A DNA stretch of 64,000 bases from an uncultured Verrucomicrobiae bacterium (lineage in GTDB: Bacteria; Verrucomicrobiota; Verrucomicrobiia; Limisphaerales; JAFGQR01), in the NCBI GenBank assembly GCA_963788655.1, contig CAWBHS010000075.1, positions 32,001 through 96,000 of the forward strand, in the 5' to 3' direction. The position numbers and the translations under genes were made by a program. The notes below the pieces were generated by a model. It did not search any database and had not been told where the DNA came from. It worked only from the letters and a program-made list of their open reading frames with translations. Below are positions 61,241-64,000 of the stretch, piece by piece. Each line of letters starts with the position of its first letter. The first letter of the stretch is position 1.

Positions 61241-61686
61241 AAGCGCAATCGAACCAAGCCTTTCCTCAAGTTGGGAGCTTCGCGCACCCGGCTGAAGAAT
61301 TCGACGTACGTTTGATACAACAGACTGTCCTGTTCCGCAAGCAGCACGTCAAAGCCAAATCGACGACGCAGCAGGGCGCGGGAAACAAGAGTGTATTCGG
61401 ACATCGGTAGATCTCGTTCAAAGTCATGTCCCGGACGCAAAACTGCGACCAAGTCGATGTCATTAGGTGCGGGCTTGGCTGTGACGAAGCTGCCATCAAT
61501 CAGCAGGGAATCAAAGAGCCTGCTTTTTTGAACCGCCGCCACGAATTCGGCCAGCCGTTGGGCAAGACGTGGCCGGCGGTCACTTTCTTGAAATTTGCCG
61601 AACCGGCCCTGCAACTGTGCAAACGAGCAGTCAAAAATACCCGGCGGGAGCAATCCGTGCGGGTTGAAGGGAGGGATGCCATTCAT
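61237..61686 (-). CDS. Nucleotidyltransferase-fold protein (DUF6932-like)
   Basis: IPPFN.HGLLPPG; IDGSFVTAK..PNDIDLV (GS...DxD motif); C-terminal KGLV. Confidence 0.75.
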   Translation of the reverse strand: MNGIPPFNPHGLLPPGIFDCSFAQLQGRFGKFQESDRRPRLAQRLAEFVAAVQKSRLFDSLLIDGSFVTAKPAPNDIDLVAVLRPGHDFERDLPMSEYTLVSRALLRRRFGFDVLLAEQDSLLYQTYVEFFSRVREAPNLRKGLVRLRL

Positions 61687-61823
61687 TGAATGCACAGCCT
61701 GAAGCTTTTCAAGGGTTTAAACAATCCACAATCTCGAAGCGATTTCGTGCCCAAGTCCAAAATGGTCAGTAAGCACTCAGAATAGCGTGGAGTTACTTCA
61801 TCCATTGCCGTATCGTCCATCGC

Positions 61824-64000
61824 ATGAGCTTCGTCACTGAAATCACCAAAACCTTCGAGCGAGTAATTAAAGTCCGGATCCCCGCCCCATCGTTAAACCG
61901 CCGTTGTCTTCTGGCAGTTGGCGTCGTGGTCAGTTCAGTGGCGCTCACGTCGTGCGCAAAAGACTTCGTCCTGGTTCAAGACGGTCATCCCGCCGCGACC
62001 ATTGTCACCGCGGTGATGCCTTGCGCCAATGCCCGCGACGCCGCGTTGGAATTGCAGCGTTACGTTCGTCAGATCAGCGGCGCCGAATTGGCCATTGTCA
62101 CCGATGACCAATCGCCTACCGGGCCGCTGATCCTGATTGGAACGAATCGGTTCACGGCGGCAATGCCGGGTTTGCAGATCCCCTCGGGACTGACGCCGGG
62201 CTTTCGCGAAGAAGGATTTGTCCTTATCGCCCGTGGTGACCGGTTGGTGCTGGCCGGCAACGATGCGGGTCCGTATTACGGCACGCGCTACGCCGTGGGG
62301 GAACTGTTGCACCGCTTGGGCGTGCGGTGGTTCATGCCCGGTAAATTTGGCGAACTCGTGCCCCAGGCGCGCACTCTGGCGGTGCCCGAAATTGAGGTGC
62401 GTCAGCGCCCGGATTTTGTCATGCGCAATTACTGGCAGCATCATCGCGGTACCATGGAGGCCGAGGACACGGAATGGAAAATCCATCAGAAACTGAACCC
62501 TCGCATGCAGCAATGGATTGGCGTGCCGGGTGATTCGTCGATTCGCAATTTCCTTCCGGGGCCGGAGGTGTTCAAGGCGCACTCGGACTGGTTTGCGCTG
62601 CGGCGCGACGGCTCGCGCGATCCCCACATGGTCTGCATGACCAGTCCCGAGATGATCGCCTATTTCGTGGAACGTGTGAAAGCCGAGGCCAGGGCCGGCA
62701 AGAAGTTTTCCGCCTTCGCCCCCGACGACGGTATGCCGCGCTGCTATTGCGAGCGCTGCCAAAAACTGGCGAATGGTTTTGACGGCTACGGCGCCAACGA
62801 CCGCGATCCGTCCGTCGAAGCCTCGATCAGCAATGAGTGGTTTTACTTTGTCAACGCCATCCTGGACGCGGTCAATGAGGAGTTTCCCCGGCACCGGATC
62901 GTGACCAACGGCTATGCGAACCGCGACATCCCGCCGGAGCTGCCGGGGTTCAATCGCCGGCACAACCTGGTGGTGATGTTCGCCAACATCTGCGCCTGCA
63001 CGCTCCATGCCTACGACAACCCGAACTGCTGGCAGATGCGGCGTCAGGGCCAAATGATTCGCCAGTGGTGCCGGCTCTGCGACAAGGTGTGGCTCTACCA
63101 ATACAACTACACGATGCTGGTCAGCAAATTCACCCTTACGCCGATGGTCAGCCGCTTGCGTCGGAACATACCGCTGCAAAAAGAATGGGGCGTGCTTGGT
63201 TTTCATGATCAGGATGAGTCGGATTGGATGCTTTCCGGCCTGCCCACGCGCCTGGTGCGAGCCGCGCTTGAATGGGACACGAAAACCGACGTGGATGGGT
63301 TGTTGGAAGATTTCTACACGCGGTGGTTTGGACGCGCCACGGAACCGATGAACGCTTACTACGACGCCCTGGAGTCCGCCTTTGCCAACACGACTTCCCA
63401 CGGTCATGAAGACGTGGTTCTCAACAGCATTTACACGCCGGCGCTGATGCAGCAACTTGCCAACTCCATTCAGCAAGCCGAGCAACAAGCGCAATCCGAG
63501 ACGGAGACGTTGCACGTGTCCGTGGAACGGAAGCTGTTCGATTACCTGCGCGATTACGTGTCGATGGAAGCGGCCAAACGCGACTGCCAGTTCACCCGGG
63601 CAGCCGAACTGGCGGAAGGGCTGACGAAACGGATGGCGGAATTAAATCGCATTTCCCTCTTCTTCGGTTACGAACCTTACGCGGTTTATGGACCGGATTG
63701 GGAGGCCAAACGCCTGCGCAAGCTGGCGGCGAAAACCGATGGCCCGGATGGCCAACTGGTGGCTGTATTGCCCGAAATGGCTCGCGTTGCTCCAGATCGC
63801 TTCGACAACGGCCGCTTCGAGTGCTGGCAGGCCGCCGATTGCGATGATTCTGCTTGGCAACGGCTGCGCACCACCCGCGGATGGGAGGATCAAGGTTTCA
63901 GCGACGCCGAAGGCCATGCCTATCGCGGCATCTTCTGGTATCGGTTGGACGCGGATGTTCCCGCCAATGCTGCGGGCAAATCTTTATGGCTGTGTGCGCC
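61824..64000 (+). CDS. DUF4838-like secreted glycoside-hydrolase-like protein, 3'-partial (absent from the ORF track)
   Basis: Open frame from ATG 61824; signal or lipoprotein peptide; ELQRYVRQISGA.L.I, LGVRWFMPG, WFAL, VCMTSPE, PDDG...CYCERC; sugar-binding-like GWEDQG...YRGIFWYR near the window end. Confidence 0.75.
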   Translation, partial: MSFVTEITKTFERVIKVRIPAPSLNRRCLLAVGVVVSSVALTSCAKDFVLVQDGHPAATIVTAVMPCANARDAALELQRYVRQISGAELAIVTDDQSPTGPLILIGTNRFTAAMPGLQIPSGLTPGFREEGFVLIARGDRLVLAGNDAGPYYGTRYAVGELLHRLGVRWFMPGKFGELVPQARTLAVPEIEVRQRPDFVMRNYWQHHRGTMEAEDTEWKIHQKLNPRMQQWIGVPGDSSIRNFLPGPEVFKAHSDWFALRRDGSRDPHMVCMTSPEMIAYFVERVKAEARAGKKFSAFAPDDGMPRCYCERCQKLANGFDGYGANDRDPSVEASISNEWFYFVNAILDAVNEEFPRHRIVTNGYANRDIPPELPGFNRRHNLVVMFANICACTLHAYDNPNCWQMRRQGQMIRQWCRLCDKVWLYQYNYTMLVSKFTLTPMVSRLRRNIPLQKEWGVLGFHDQDESDWMLSGLPTRLVRAALEWDTKTDVDGLLEDFYTRWFGRATEPMNAYYDALESAFANTTSHGHEDVVLNSIYTPALMQQLANSIQQAEQQAQSETETLHVSVERKLFDYLRDYVSMEAAKRDCQFTRAAELAEGLTKRMAELNRISLFFGYEPYAVYGPDWEAKRLRKLAAKTDGPDGQLVAVLPEMARVAPDRFDNGRFECWQAADCDDSAWQRLRTTRGWEDQGFSDAEGHAYRGIFWYRLDADVPANAAGKSLWLCA

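Overview
GC-rich bacterial DNA whose gene content and secreted-protein style suggest Verrucomicrobiota (inference, not database-checked). Many genes, including the housekeeping DinG helicase, are split by single-base frameshifts, probably uncorrected assembly indels. 1-32.6 kb is an accessory block of large secreted proteins: a paired-paralog operon (2 beta-propellers, 2 heparinase II/III-like proteins, 2 alpha/beta-hydrolases), a collapsed GH9 relic, two multi-domain glycoside-hydrolase-like proteins, a secreted nucleoside-hydrolase-like protein, FG-GAP and NHL/FlgD proteins, and a ~2000-aa surface protein. 33-48 kb holds nhaC, an SH3b/Pro-rich protein, a DUF4139-like/response-regulator/histidine-kinase operon interrupted by a RAYT transposase with REP cassettes, a fused trehalose-6-P synthase/phosphatase and a GH36-like gene. 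48-64 kb holds a Sel1 protein, an orphan flagellin, dinG, a GlmU-like acetyltransferase, a cysteine desulfurase, dnaN with an oriC-like upstream region, an Fe-ADH, a GT2, a nucleotidyltransferase/small-protein pair and a DUF4838-like protein. The most notable signals not shown in the ORF track are: (1) a ~71-nt Y-RNA-like ncRNA upstream of a truncated Ro60/TROVE gene; (2) the RAYT-REP cassette wedged into the RR/HK junction; (3) REP palindromes translated in frame inside secreted proteins; (4) an in-frame amber codon in the DUF4139-like gene; (5) inverted repeats bracketing the flagellin gene. No tRNA, rRNA or CRISPR array was seen.
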